Part shown: positions 12,627 through 22,219 of the stretch, piece by piece
How the letters are laid out: each line of letters starts with the position of its first letter
Position numbering within the stretch: the first letter of the stretch is position 1
Origin: a virus
Reading direction: 5' to 3' (one strand)
DNA: 25,576 nt
Virus record (IMG/VR): IMGVR_UViG_3300010342_001360
Location: 1-25,576 of that record
Program-made: the position numbers and the translations under genes
The notes under the pieces: generated by a model
What the model was told of the DNA's origin: nothing
What the model saw: only the letters and a program-made list of their open reading frames with translations
Databases searched by the model: none

Positions 12627-12841
12627 GGAAAACACCTTACGAGAAAATGATGAAGTAGAATTTGATCTCGTAGAAGGAAAGAAAGGTTTAAATGCAGTTA
12701 ATGTCGTACAAAGAAACCGGAACTGGAAAAGAATACTTTGTTCATATTTCTGGCGTTAAGGAAAACACCTTACGAGAAAATGATGAAGTAGAATTTGATC
12801 TCGTAGAAGGAAAGAAAGGTTTAAATGCAGTTAATGTCGTA
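12443..12841 (+). repeat. Three identical 133-bp tandem copies of the csp 3' two-thirds
   Basis: Units begin CAAAGAAACCGG at 12443, 12576 and 12709. Confidence 0.95.
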
Positions 12842-12875
12842 TTAGTATAACTTTTACTTTTAACCAAAATTTAAC

Positions 12876-12917
12876 ACCCGGGATATTTTTTTATCTCGGG
12901 TTTTTTTTGTATATTTG
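12876..12917 (+). promoter_or_regulatory. Terminator hairpin overlapping a bipartite promoter
   Basis: ACCCGGGATA...TATCTCGGGT plus T run, GATATTTTTTT in the hairpin, TATATTTG at 12910-12917. Confidence 0.6.
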
Positions 12918-12931
12918 TAAAAATAATCAGT

Positions 12932-13348
12932 ATGGAAGAGCTTGAATTATATGTTGTTCGAAATAAGCAAGGACAATATTTCCGCAATAAAGGATATGGC
13001 GGCTATGGATCTAACTGGGTAAATGAATTAAAAAAAGCCAGGATCTATCCCAAAATTGGTCCGGCAAGAACTCAGGTTTCGTTTTGGGCTACAAATTATC
13101 CAGAGTATGGAACCCCGGATATTCTCGTTTTAAAGGTTTCAGTAATACAGGTTCTTCAGGAAGAAGATCGGGTAAAGAAAGCAGCTTTAAAAAGGAAAAA
13201 AGAAGAAATTTCAAAACAACTTTATTGGGCAAAGAGGGAACAGGAAAAAGCTGAAATTAAAGTTAGACAACTATCAGATCAAAAAGAAGCTCTTTTAGCA
13301 AAACAAAAAGTTGAAAAGCTCGAGGAAGAATTAAAATCTCTATCATGA
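12932..13348 (+). CDS. Hypothetical protein with C-terminal coiled coil
   Basis: ORF after promoter. No family recognised. Confidence 0.8.
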   Translation: MEELELYVVRNKQGQYFRNKGYGGYGSNWVNELKKARIYPKIGPARTQVSFWATNYPEYGTPDILVLKVSVIQVLQEEDRVKKAALKRKKEEISKQLYWAKREQEKAEIKVRQLSDQKEALLAKQKVEKLEEELKSLS

Positions 13349-13400
13349 GAAAATATATGTGGATAAACAAATATAGGTATTGACGATTTATTAGGATGAT

Positions 13401-13952
13401 ATGATGAAATATAGAATGTATTTTTTTGTTCCTTATAATATATCTCCTATTCAGCAGGCGATACAGGCAGGACATGCAGCATTAGAATATGCTTTTCGTT
13501 ATTATAACCCAGTTGAAGGAGAATTGATTAGTTTTATGACAAATGATAAAACCTGGATTATTCTTAATGGGGGAACTACTAATAAAAATTTTACTACAGA
13601 AGACGGTTTCCCCCCTCAAAGAATAGGATCCTTAAATGCTATAATGGATAGTCTTGAAGAAAAAGGAATACAATATTCTTTCTTTGAGGAACCTGATCTT
13701 AATGATGCTCTTACGGCAGTTTGCTTCCTTGCAGATGAAAGAGTTTGGGAAATCAAAACATATCCGGATTTAGCAGATTATATCTTACATAATCTTGTGA
13801 TGGCGGACAATGAATATGTCTCAGTAAAATCAATGAGAAAAGAACAACTTATCGAGGAATTTCCTGGGCTTTATAACAAATGGAAAAAACTAATAGGAGG
13901 GGAAAGTAATGAATTTTTAAGAGATCTAATCAGAGGAAAAAAATTAGCATAA
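13401..13952 (+). CDS. Pth2-superfamily protein (phage type)
   Basis: YFFVPYNISPIQQAIQAGHAA, KTWIILNGG, FEEPDLNDALTAVCF. Confidence 0.7.
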   Translation: MMKYRMYFFVPYNISPIQQAIQAGHAALEYAFRYYNPVEGELISFMTNDKTWIILNGGTTNKNFTTEDGFPPQRIGSLNAIMDSLEEKGIQYSFFEEPDLNDALTAVCFLADERVWEIKTYPDLADYILHNLVMADNEYVSVKSMRKEQLIEEFPGLYNKWKKLIGGESNEFLRDLIRGKKLA

Positions 13953-14164
13953 TGGCAACAATTAATGAAATAATGTCAGATCTGGATGTTATTAATCAAC
14001 AAATATCAGCTGTTGTTGTAGAATTCAATGAGTGGCTTGATATATGTAAGGAAATGGGAATGACTGATGATGAGATATTAGCAAAAATAAATGAACACTG
14101 GGATTTTTCTTCTTTTTCATCATTGGAAGAAGCAATTGAATGGTTTGAGGATTTAGGAATTTAA
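13952..14164 (+). CDS. Acidic hypothetical protein
   Basis: TAATG overlap. Confidence 0.7.
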   Translation: MATINEIMSDLDVINQQISAVVVEFNEWLDICKEMGMTDDEILAKINEHWDFSSFSSLEEAIEWFEDLGI

Positions 14165-14166
14165 TT

Positions 14167-14727
14167 ATGGCATTCTTTTCTTTCGGCGGAGATTATCCAG
14201 ATTCAGGGCCTTTATCACATTGGTCAGAGGATTTTTCATATAATAATGATATTATGGACATAGGTTCGGGAAATGCCTATCCGGCAAATGCTTTGAGTAA
14301 TTTTGCCCCTCATCCATTTGAGATTGATGGCGTAAAATGCAATTCTATGGAAGGATTCTTGCAATCTCTGAAATTTGAATCCAAAGAGATGCAAGAATAT
14401 GTGTGTACTCTTGTAGGATATTCCGCTAAGAAAAAAGGATCCAAAAAGAATTGGAAAAAATCCCAGACCCTTTATTGGAGAGGAACCCCTATCAAAAGAG
14501 ATTCCCAGGAATATCAGGATCTTCTCGACCGTGCGTATTCAGAATTATATAAAAACACAAAGTTTAAATCAGCTTTGGAAGCTTCTGGTAAATCGGTCCT
14601 TACTCACTCAATTGGTAAATCCAAAATATCCGAAACTGTGCTGACAACTAAGGAATTTTGTTCAAGACTTACTAAGCTAAGGGACACGGGAACTTTAACG
14701 CCGCCTAAACAAAAAAAATTAATTTGA
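14167..14727 (+). CDS. T4 gp30.3-like / NADAR-superfamily protein
   Basis: ALSNFAPHPFEIDGVKCNSMEGFLQSLKF, LYWRG, YQDLLDRAY, LTHSIG. Confidence 0.78.
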   Translation: MAFFSFGGDYPDSGPLSHWSEDFSYNNDIMDIGSGNAYPANALSNFAPHPFEIDGVKCNSMEGFLQSLKFESKEMQEYVCTLVGYSAKKKGSKKNWKKSQTLYWRGTPIKRDSQEYQDLLDRAYSELYKNTKFKSALEASGKSVLTHSIGKSKISETVLTTKEFCSRLTKLRDTGTLTPPKQKKLI

Positions 14728-14764
14728 TATTGTTATTTTTAGTATTTTTATAAAAAATAAAACA

Positions 14765-15235
14765 ATGGGAATAATTGCTAATCATATTAAAGGTAATCTC
14801 TATGCCACATCGGGGGATTTTGAATTTGCATTTCTTAAAGATAGATGCGAATTAATATTAAGAAATGATCCTGCTGTTTGCAGCCAACGAGATGATTTAA
14901 TTTCATTAAAAGATGGGAAATATCGTATAGAGGGAGGAGTCCTTTATATAAAAGCTACCAGAATTTATTTTGGCTATCTTCCTAGTTATTGTGAAAAAGA
15001 AGATGTTTGGAGTCCAAGAGCAATTTATTGGCCAGATGAAAAATTCCTTTTATCTCTGGAAAATCCCCCCGAAGTAAAAGAGGTTATCATCAAAAGATGG
15101 TGGAGGAATAATAAAAAAATTCAAGCGATTGAATTATCTGAAGATGACCCCAGATGGTATAAAGCTAAAGTAGAGCATCCTTTCGAAATGGCTATAGAAA
15201 ATTTCAGGCTAAATGAATCAAATTTTGCAAAATGA
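14765..15235 (+). CDS. Hypothetical protein
   Basis: ORF in operon context. Confidence 0.75.
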   Translation: MGIIANHIKGNLYATSGDFEFAFLKDRCELILRNDPAVCSQRDDLISLKDGKYRIEGGVLYIKATRIYFGYLPSYCEKEDVWSPRAIYWPDEKFLLSLENPPEVKEVIIKRWWRNNKKIQAIELSEDDPRWYKAKVEHPFEMAIENFRLNESNFAK

Positions 15236-15296
15236 AATACGAATACAAAGCTATTACTATATTAAGAAAAGAATCAATTAAAAATCCCCTAAACTA

Positions 15297-15791
15297 ATGT
15301 CAGCAATGCACGACGTATTTATGTTTACGGCTTTTCACTTTGCAAGTAAAAGCCATTGCGTATCCCATCATGTTGGGGCTGTCATTGTTAAAGATGGAAG
15401 AATCATATCAACAGGAATAAATGGAACTCCAGAAGATATGCCTAATTGTGATGAGATTTTTGATAAAGATAATTTTGACAGAGAACAGCATCATCATTGG
15501 TCAAAGGATAATGAGATACATGCTGAAATGAATGCCATTGCTTTCGCCGCAAAACATGACATCGGAATAGGTGGAGCAGATATGTATGTCACTATTTCTC
15601 CTTGCAATGATTGTCTTAAGAATATGATCCCTGCCGGAATTAAGAATGTTTATTATCTTTATCTTTATGATAAGATCTCCCTTAATCCTGCTCTTTTGAA
15701 AAAAATAAATGTTCAGGAAGTTCCCGGATCAGAAGAGATTAAAAAATTTGTAGAATATAATGATCTTTTATATAAACCTAAAAATCGTTAA
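15297..15791 (+). CDS. dCMP deaminase (ComEB-like)
   Basis: VGAVIVKDGRIISTGING, HAEMNAI, TISPCNDC zinc motifs. Confidence 0.92.
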   Translation: MSAMHDVFMFTAFHFASKSHCVSHHVGAVIVKDGRIISTGINGTPEDMPNCDEIFDKDNFDREQHHHWSKDNEIHAEMNAIAFAAKHDIGIGGADMYVTISPCNDCLKNMIPAGIKNVYYLYLYDKISLNPALLKKINVQEVPGSEEIKKFVEYNDLLYKPKNR

Positions 15792-15793
15792 AA

Positions 15794-15991
15794 ATGGGAT
15801 ATTTTGTTAAAGATGAATATAGAACTAGTCCTCTTTCTCACAGACCAGGAGGATTTGACGTTGAAATATTTTTTACAACGGGGCCTTCAAGAATTTATTC
15901 AAAGGTAAAATCTCCTTATAAATTCTGGAAAGAATCAAGGGAAAATGATCCAAATATAAAGGGATATAAAGTTCGCGGAGTTTCAAAATAA
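15794..15991 (+). CDS. Hypothetical protein
   Basis: Tightly packed ORF. Confidence 0.7.
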   Translation: MGYFVKDEYRTSPLSHRPGGFDVEIFFTTGPSRIYSKVKSPYKFWKESRENDPNIKGYKVRGVSK

Positions 15992-15996
15992 TTATC

Positions 15997-16917
15997 ATGG
16001 AAGATACAGGAAGACCTTTAAAACCCGTACATTTTCACCTTTTTAAACCTCATAGCAGTATCTTTAAGAGTTCGAAGAAAGATAAGGCACAGGTTCAATT
16101 AGTAATGTGTTCTAGATCTGATGAATGCGATCTTTTTAAAAGAGGCCAATGTTCTTTTACTTCCTCTTTTGGATGGCATGCTTGTCCTTATGGAATCTAT
16201 AGAAAATATGAAGGATTTACACCTAAAGCAAGAGCTTATTCAGAATGGATAAGAAAGGAAGAAGAAAAATACAAGGGAACACCATATCTAAATAGTCATT
16301 CAGATGTTTTAGCTTTCATTGGGGATTATGTATTTCTTCCTTATGCTCACATGGATATGGCTGATGTGGGATGGATACAAAAAAACACCGGCTTCTTTGG
16401 TAAAGGATGTGCTTTCTTAAAGAAAGAATTATTTACCCCTCAGACAGTTCTTCAGCTGATTGATTTTAGACCTCAAGCAATGATGGGAGGGGAAATAAAG
16501 GATTATCAGGAAAAATCAATCCCAAAATTTGTTAAGCATCTTCAGGAAAAATGCCCTGATTTATTGAAGGAAGTTGAAAAGCTAGAGATTAAAAGAGCTC
16601 TTGATCTGGGACGAAAAAATGGCGAAGAACAGGAAAATAAATTTTTTAGATCAAGGGTAAGAAAAATTCTTGAAGAATATTCATATATTGGCAGAAAAGC
16701 TATTCTTGAAACATTAAATCCTAATGTTGGCCAATTTACAGATATTCATAAAGGAAATTGGATCTGGGATGGATCATATCTTATATCCTTAAATTCAAAG
16801 GCCTCATTTATGCTTGTAGATAAATTTGAAGAAATAAGGATAAAACCAAAACCTGGATCTGTGGTAGTAATTACAGATAATGCACAAGTTAACGAAAAAA
16901 CAGAATTTTTATCATGA
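15997..16917 (+). CDS. Hypothetical protein with Cys-rich N-terminus
   Basis: 306-aa ORF with CSRSDEC..C..C cluster. Confidence 0.8.
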   Translation: MEDTGRPLKPVHFHLFKPHSSIFKSSKKDKAQVQLVMCSRSDECDLFKRGQCSFTSSFGWHACPYGIYRKYEGFTPKARAYSEWIRKEEEKYKGTPYLNSHSDVLAFIGDYVFLPYAHMDMADVGWIQKNTGFFGKGCAFLKKELFTPQTVLQLIDFRPQAMMGGEIKDYQEKSIPKFVKHLQEKCPDLLKEVEKLEIKRALDLGRKNGEEQENKFFRSRVRKILEEYSYIGRKAILETLNPNVGQFTDIHKGNWIWDGSYLISLNSKASFMLVDKFEEIRIKPKPGSVVVITDNAQVNEKTEFLS

Positions 16918-17249
16918 ATTATCAGGATTATCAAAAAAATAAGGAAAGAAAATTTCCGATCGGGGCCAAGGTCACTCCAGGGGATCCGATAAAAATAGAA
17001 AAGAAGCATACTCCAAAAAGAAAAATATTGGATATTTTATCTGAACCGCAATATCCTAATTTAGGTGCTATTGTAGCTGTTATTTGTATGCTTGTCTTTT
17101 GGAATACTCAAATAATTCCAGCTATCTTATCATGGATAACATTTACTTTATTTTTAATCTCTTACGCAAAAGGAAAATCCAAAGGGTGGCTACCTTGGAT
17201 CTGGGCTTTCAATGCATCAATTTGGACATTACATCAAATTATAGGATAA
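16914..17249 (+). CDS. Hypothetical membrane protein
   Basis: ATGA overlap, hydrophobic C-terminal segments. Confidence 0.7.
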   Translation: MNYQDYQKNKERKFPIGAKVTPGDPIKIEKKHTPKRKILDILSEPQYPNLGAIVAVICMLVFWNTQIIPAILSWITFTLFLISYAKGKSKGWLPWIWAFNASIWTLHQIIG

Positions 17250-17250
17250 T

Positions 17251-18126
17251 ATGAATTACGAACTTGCAGTAAATAACATTCGCGGGGAATTAAAAAAATA
17301 TCTCCAGAAAACAAATCTTAAATCTCTTGTTATTGGAATATCTGGAGGTATAGATAGCTGTCTCTGCGCAGCCTTAGCTCGCCCTGTTTGCGATGAATTG
17401 GGAATAGCTTTAATAGGCAGAAGCCTTCCTATTAAAACAAATGAAGAAGATGAACTCTTTAGGGCAAGGGAAACCGGAGAAGCTTTTTGCACTAATTTTA
17501 AAGAGGATAGAATTCTTGAGGTTTATTATGATAGAATGTCTTCAGAATTAAACCCCCAGATAGATAACCAGGAAATGCAAAAATGGAAGATCCGTAATGG
17601 CAATATGAAAGCGAGATTACGTATGACTTACCTATATAATCTTGCTTCCATGAATAATGGAATGGTCCTTTCAACTGATAATTTAACTGAATATCTTCTT
17701 GGATTCTGGACACTTCATGGTGACGTTGGCGATTTTGGAATGATACAAAACCTTTGGAAAACAGAAGTGTATAACATGGCTGAATGGATTGCAGATAATT
17801 ATCCTAATCCTTCTTCAAATCCAAAAGCGATTAATGCTATTCGGACAACAATCCAAGCTATGGCAACAGATGGTCTGGGGGTAACTAATTTAGGAGATTT
17901 AGGCCAGATTCTTTCTGACTGGCGTGGAACATCAAGAGAAGGATATAAAGAGGTTGATAGGGTCCTTCAGGTTTGGACTTCTATGCATACTCTCGAATCT
18001 ACTCAGAAAACAATTCTTACCTTAGCTTATGAAAAACATCCGGTAATTCAAAGGCATTTAAATTCGGATTTTAAAAGAGAAAACCCTCAAAACATAAATA
18101 GGAACTTAATATGGACGACTTCTTAA
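17251..18126 (+). CDS. nadE: NH3-dependent NAD+ synthetase
   Basis: VIGISGGIDS, GNMKARLRM, STDNLTE..LGFWTLHGD, LWKTEVY, ATDGL. Confidence 0.93.
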   Translation: MNYELAVNNIRGELKKYLQKTNLKSLVIGISGGIDSCLCAALARPVCDELGIALIGRSLPIKTNEEDELFRARETGEAFCTNFKEDRILEVYYDRMSSELNPQIDNQEMQKWKIRNGNMKARLRMTYLYNLASMNNGMVLSTDNLTEYLLGFWTLHGDVGDFGMIQNLWKTEVYNMAEWIADNYPNPSSNPKAINAIRTTIQAMATDGLGVTNLGDLGQILSDWRGTSREGYKEVDRVLQVWTSMHTLESTQKTILTLAYEKHPVIQRHLNSDFKRENPQNINRNLIWTTS

Positions 18127-18464
18127 ATGATTTTAGGTCTCAAAAAATTGAGCCTTATAAAGGACCCGTATCCGCAGGCGATATGTTTAAATTAACTAGA
18201 GAATCTATTGAAGCATCTTTATCGGACGTATTTGAAAAAATAAGTAAAGCTGCTTCAGAAGGAAATGGAACTGCTGAAATTGAATGCGGATTAGATCAAA
18301 CCCAGGTTTGGTATTTGGAAAAAATGGGATACACTATTGAAAATATTGGAAATAAGGAATGGGATGATTTAGAGGAAGGAGAAGAAATCTTAAATACCAC
18401 TTGGGAAATTACCTGGTTTGATCAATATTGGAACCCTGAGGGAGAATATGAAGAAGAAGAATAA
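18111..18464 (+). CDS. Acidic hypothetical protein
   Basis: ORF overlapping the nadE end. Confidence 0.65.
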   Translation: MDDFLNDFRSQKIEPYKGPVSAGDMFKLTRESIEASLSDVFEKISKAASEGNGTAEIECGLDQTQVWYLEKMGYTIENIGNKEWDDLEEGEEILNTTWEITWFDQYWNPEGEYEEEE

Positions 18465-18483
18465 TTTTTAAAATTTTAGATAT

Positions 18484-19092
18484 ATGAAAAAAGCTTTAAT
18501 AGTTGTAGATGTTCAGAATGACTTTTGCCCGGGAGGGTCATTAGCTGTTCCTGAAGGAGATAAGGTAATTCCTGTTATCAATAAGCTTTTTCCGAACTTT
18601 GATTTAGTTATTTTTACAAAAGATTGGCACAATCCAGAAATGGAAGCATTTGCCTCTCAGCATACTGGCAAGAAACCTTTTGAGAAGTATACGAATTCGG
18701 ATGGGCAAGAAGATACATTATGGCCTGATCATTGTGTTGCAAATACCCCCGGAGCTGATCTCCATAAAGATATTGATTTTGGAGCTATTCCCAAAGATTT
18801 TTATATTTTTAAGAAAGGAACTAAAAAAGATTATCATCCTTATAGCGGATTTGGGGAAACGGAGTTACAGGATTTCTTAGAAAGCCGGGGAATTAACCAA
18901 GTTTTTATAACGGGTTTAGCTCTTGACTATTGTGTTAAGGATACAGCTTTGGATGCAGTTGAAGCCGGGTTCGATACTTATGTTATTGAAGATGCTTGTG
19001 CTTCAATAGATCCAGATATTAATCCCACCCTGCGGGAATTTAACAAAGCAGGGATTTCTTTTATCGAAAGCTTTGAAATAGAACAAATATGA
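18484..19092 (+). CDS. pncA: Nicotinamidase/pyrazinamidase
   Basis: ALIVVDVQNDFCPGGSLAV, DWH, LWPDHCV, YSGF, GLALDYCVKDTA. Confidence 0.95.
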   Translation: MKKALIVVDVQNDFCPGGSLAVPEGDKVIPVINKLFPNFDLVIFTKDWHNPEMEAFASQHTGKKPFEKYTNSDGQEDTLWPDHCVANTPGADLHKDIDFGAIPKDFYIFKKGTKKDYHPYSGFGETELQDFLESRGINQVFITGLALDYCVKDTALDAVEAGFDTYVIEDACASIDPDINPTLREFNKAGISFIESFEIEQI

Positions 19093-19496
19093 AACAACAA
19101 TCCAAATCAATTTATGATTTCAAGAAAGGAGATATAATCACCCGCCATGAACCAATGGTAGACGAAGATGGATATAAAGATTTCTCTTTAGTCGGTGCCA
19201 AGTTAACTTTTGTGGGAATTGCTAATGCGTGTGCTTATTTAGTGAGAAAGGCAAACCCCTTAATGAAAATCTTTTTGGGGCAAGATACAGATCAACTTAA
19301 AATTCCTTTGGCTCTTTGCGAAAGCGGATGGGCTGTTTATGTCGAACCTGATTTTTTAGATAATCCTATTGAGTTAACTGATGAAAAAGCTTTAGAAGAT
19401 GAAATAAAAAAAGCTGTTGAAGAGGAAGATTATTTCAAAGCTGAAGCATTAAGAAAAAAATTGGAGGAAATTCGAGGAGAATCCAATAAAAATTAA
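19089..19496 (+). CDS. Hypothetical protein with C-terminal UVR-like coiled coil
   Basis: LEDEIKKAVEEEDYFKAEALRKKL. Confidence 0.7.
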   Translation: MKQQSKSIYDFKKGDIITRHEPMVDEDGYKDFSLVGAKLTFVGIANACAYLVRKANPLMKIFLGQDTDQLKIPLALCESGWAVYVEPDFLDNPIELTDEKALEDEIKKAVEEEDYFKAEALRKKLEEIRGESNKN

Positions 19497-19500
19497 AAAA

Positions 19501-19545
19501 AATCCCTTAAATATTTTTTTATTTAGGGGATTTTTTGTATTTTTG
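19501..19545 (+). promoter_or_regulatory. Terminator hairpin overlapping a bipartite promoter
   Basis: AATCCCTTAAAT/ATTTAGGGGATT hairpin with AATATTTTTT inside, TATTTTTG at 19538-19545. Confidence 0.55.
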
Positions 19546-19549
19546 CCCT

Positions 19550-20170
19550 ATGGAGCACTTTTCAAAAGATTTAGAAAGCCATGTTAATCGCTTAGTTAAG
19601 ATCATGGAAAAGATTCCTTCAAAAGGGGTTTCTATACTTACAGGTAGCAACGGATCCGGAAAATCACTTATTCGGACTCAATTTATCTTTTATTTGGCCC
19701 GGAGAAAAAAGAAAGATGTTAAAAATATGAAAGGCCAACTTGGATCGGTTTCTATGCAACTCCGGACCTCCTCCAATGCAGAATGGGGAGCTCTATCCGG
19801 AGCAATGAGGGATACTGAATGGATCCCCACTTCCTTAAATACTTTCGATCTTATAAAAGGGCTTCTCGACAAAAATTTTCCTTTTGTTATTATTGATGAA
19901 CCCGAGATTGGGATGGGGGAGGAACTCATTATGAGTCTTTGCGATTATCTAAATGAAGAATTAGCAAAGCATCCAAATAGGGGATTTTTAATAATTACTC
20001 ATAATAGGTATCTTGTTCAAAATCTTAATTATAAAAAATTTTTTAATTGCGATGGAATTAAAACTAAGGAAGATTGGCTAAATCGCCCTATGGAAAAAGC
20101 CGATCTTAAAGTTTTAGAAGAAAATGTTCTCTTTGATTTTATAAGGGATAGAAATAAAAAAGACAAATGA
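19550..20170 (+). CDS. Stand-alone ABC/AAA-type ATPase
   Basis: Walker A GSNGSGKS, Walker B IIDEPE, H-loop IITHN. Start moved to ATG 19550. Confidence 0.8.
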   Translation: MEHFSKDLESHVNRLVKIMEKIPSKGVSILTGSNGSGKSLIRTQFIFYLARRKKKDVKNMKGQLGSVSMQLRTSSNAEWGALSGAMRDTEWIPTSLNTFDLIKGLLDKNFPFVIIDEPEIGMGEELIMSLCDYLNEELAKHPNRGFLIITHNRYLVQNLNYKKFFNCDGIKTKEDWLNRPMEKADLKVLEENVLFDFIRDRNKKDK

Positions 20171-20430
20171 AAGATTTACATTACTTAAGAATTCAATTTC
20201 TTCTTTGGTTAAAGGGGAAAAAAGTTCGGGATTGGATGACCTGGGGGACTTATGGAAAAAATGGGGATCAGCCTCTAAAATGGGTAATTCTCAAAAATAT
20301 GAGTGACGAACATATTCAAGCCATCCTTGATACTCAATTCCATATCGGGGGATTTTATAGGAGGCATTTTAATAAAGAACTCCAATTAAGAAAAAAATAT
20401 CCTAAATTTTCAATTAAAGAAACGAAATGA
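20167..20430 (+). CDS. Hypothetical protein
   Basis: ATGA overlaps on both sides. Confidence 0.75.
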   Translation: MKDLHYLRIQFLLWLKGKKVRDWMTWGTYGKNGDQPLKWVILKNMSDEHIQAILDTQFHIGGFYRRHFNKELQLRKKYPKFSIKETK

Positions 20431-21353
20431 ACATACAAACAATTTCAATCGTAGTTCCAACAAGGGGATGCGTTAATAAATGTCCCATTTGTGTTTCTCG
20501 GATGCATGAAAATAATTATGAAAATTCATTCGACGAATTCAAAATTACCCAGAGAATAAAATGGGCCGTTATGAATGGAATAAACACCTGTATCATAACA
20601 GGAACAGGAGAGGCTTTTCAGAATTTCCATTTCCTTGGCCGTCTTGCAGATATTTTCCGTAAAATGAATCACCCGTTTCCTAATATTGAATTCCAAACAA
20701 CCGGTGTTATGCTTGATGAATGCGATGAAGCTATTAATGGAAAAACGGGTAACATCGAAAACAAATATCATAATTTAGCACTTCTTAAAGAATTGGGAGT
20801 TAGTACAATTTCTCTTTCTGTTTCAAATGTTTTTGATTCAGCTAGAAATGCAGATCTTATTGTAATGCCTGAGAAAATGAGATTCCTCCTTTCTGAAAGA
20901 TGCAGACTTATTAAAAATTCAGGTTTTAATCTACGGCTTTCTCTCAATATGTACGAAGAATATGATAATTATCATCCTTCACAAATTATAGAAGCCTGTA
21001 AATCCCTTGGAGCAGATCAAGTTACTTTCCGTAAATTATATCACGGAGATGACGATTCAGATCAAACAAAATACGTTCAAAAACATTCATGTACAGACGA
21101 AACACTCTATAATATCAAGTGTTATATTCAAGGAAGATTGTTTGAAAAGGAAGGGGGATTTAAGCCGGGGAGGGGAAAACTCCTTTATAAACTTCCTTTT
21201 GGAGCCTTTGTTTATTCAATCGAAGGAATGAGCACCGTTATTGATGATGATTGCATGTCGAAAGAAAATAATGAATCATTAAAATATGTTATCCTTAGAG
21301 AAAATGGAAAACTCTATTCTCAATGGGATGACGAGGGATCTTTAATATTTTAA
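20427..21353 (+). CDS. Radical SAM enzyme
   Basis: CVNKCPIC (CxxxCxxC), ITGTGE motif, QTTG. Confidence 0.88.
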   Translation: MNIQTISIVVPTRGCVNKCPICVSRMHENNYENSFDEFKITQRIKWAVMNGINTCIITGTGEAFQNFHFLGRLADIFRKMNHPFPNIEFQTTGVMLDECDEAINGKTGNIENKYHNLALLKELGVSTISLSVSNVFDSARNADLIVMPEKMRFLLSERCRLIKNSGFNLRLSLNMYEEYDNYHPSQIIEACKSLGADQVTFRKLYHGDDDSDQTKYVQKHSCTDETLYNIKCYIQGRLFEKEGGFKPGRGKLLYKLPFGAFVYSIEGMSTVIDDDCMSKENNESLKYVILRENGKLYSQWDDEGSLIF

Positions 21354-21355
21354 TT

Positions 21356-21757
21356 ATGATTTCAATAAAAAAGATTGAGGAATTTAAAAAAACAGATTTA
21401 AAAGACTTTCAAAATTATATTTCTGAAAAGCGAATCCTGGATAATAAAACAAAAACTTTATTCCTTCCTTCTGGCCATTTTTATTTTGACCTTGAGGAAC
21501 TAAAGGAAACTCAGGTTATTATTAATCCAAGAATTGTAAAGAGCACTGACGAGATGGTAGGTCTTATGGACAGTATAAGCATGGTATTAAAAAGAGATGG
21601 GGTAATTTGTGGAAGATTTATACAAACATATAAAATCTGGTCTATTTTCAAAAAAAGAAACTTTTTTAAATTCCTTGAATCTTATGGATTTGAAATTTTG
21701 GATTTAACAGAGATTAAAGAAATAACATATTTTTATGCTAAAAAAAATGACAAATGA
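21356..21757 (+). CDS. Hypothetical protein
   Basis: Packed ORF. Confidence 0.7.
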   Translation: MISIKKIEEFKKTDLKDFQNYISEKRILDNKTKTLFLPSGHFYFDLEELKETQVIINPRIVKSTDEMVGLMDSISMVLKRDGVICGRFIQTYKIWSIFKKRNFFKFLESYGFEILDLTEIKEITYFYAKKNDK

Positions 21758-22173
21758 AGAGAATAATTTTATTGTTAGTGTTCGTACTTTTGTCTCCTTT
21801 TATAATGGGACAAATTAATGGAGTATCTTTTAAGAATGCGATACCATTTGATCCATTTAAATATGAAGTATTAATGCAACTTTCTGATTCTTCTTATGTT
21901 ATACCGTTTGAAGAAACAGTAGTAGGATTAAAACATTGTTTTGACCGGGCAAAAGAAATATTGGAAATTAATAAAAAGGATTTTTATAATCCCGAGCTAA
22001 GTGATGAATTGATAGACGAAAATGTAAATATCAATAATTATAAAGACTTAGATATGAGTATCTGGCTAGGGAATTCTGAAATTTTTAGAATATGGAAGTT
22101 TGATAAAAAAATCTCCATGACTTTAGTTGTTAAAAAGAATACCCGAGCTATTATATTTTTAATACGACAATAA
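21754..22173 (+). CDS. Hypothetical exported protein
   Basis: MKRIILLLVFVLLSPFIMGQ signal-peptide-like N-terminus. Confidence 0.7.
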   Translation: MKRIILLLVFVLLSPFIMGQINGVSFKNAIPFDPFKYEVLMQLSDSSYVIPFEETVVGLKHCFDRAKEILEINKKDFYNPELSDELIDENVNINNYKDLDMSIWLGNSEIFRIWKFDKKISMTLVVKKNTRAIIFLIRQ

Positions 22174-22219
22174 CCATTCTTTGGGAGGTTCCCATGAATA
22201 TATAAAATAAAATATATTC

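Noticed and set aside
12443-12841. CRISPR array
   Set aside because: The units are contiguous identical 133-mers with no spacers and encode Csp sequence.
20427-21353. Viperin-like antiviral radical SAM enzyme
   Set aside because: The sequence around the CxxxCxxC and GGE-equivalent motifs does not match the viperin pattern I know. It is left as unassigned radical SAM.
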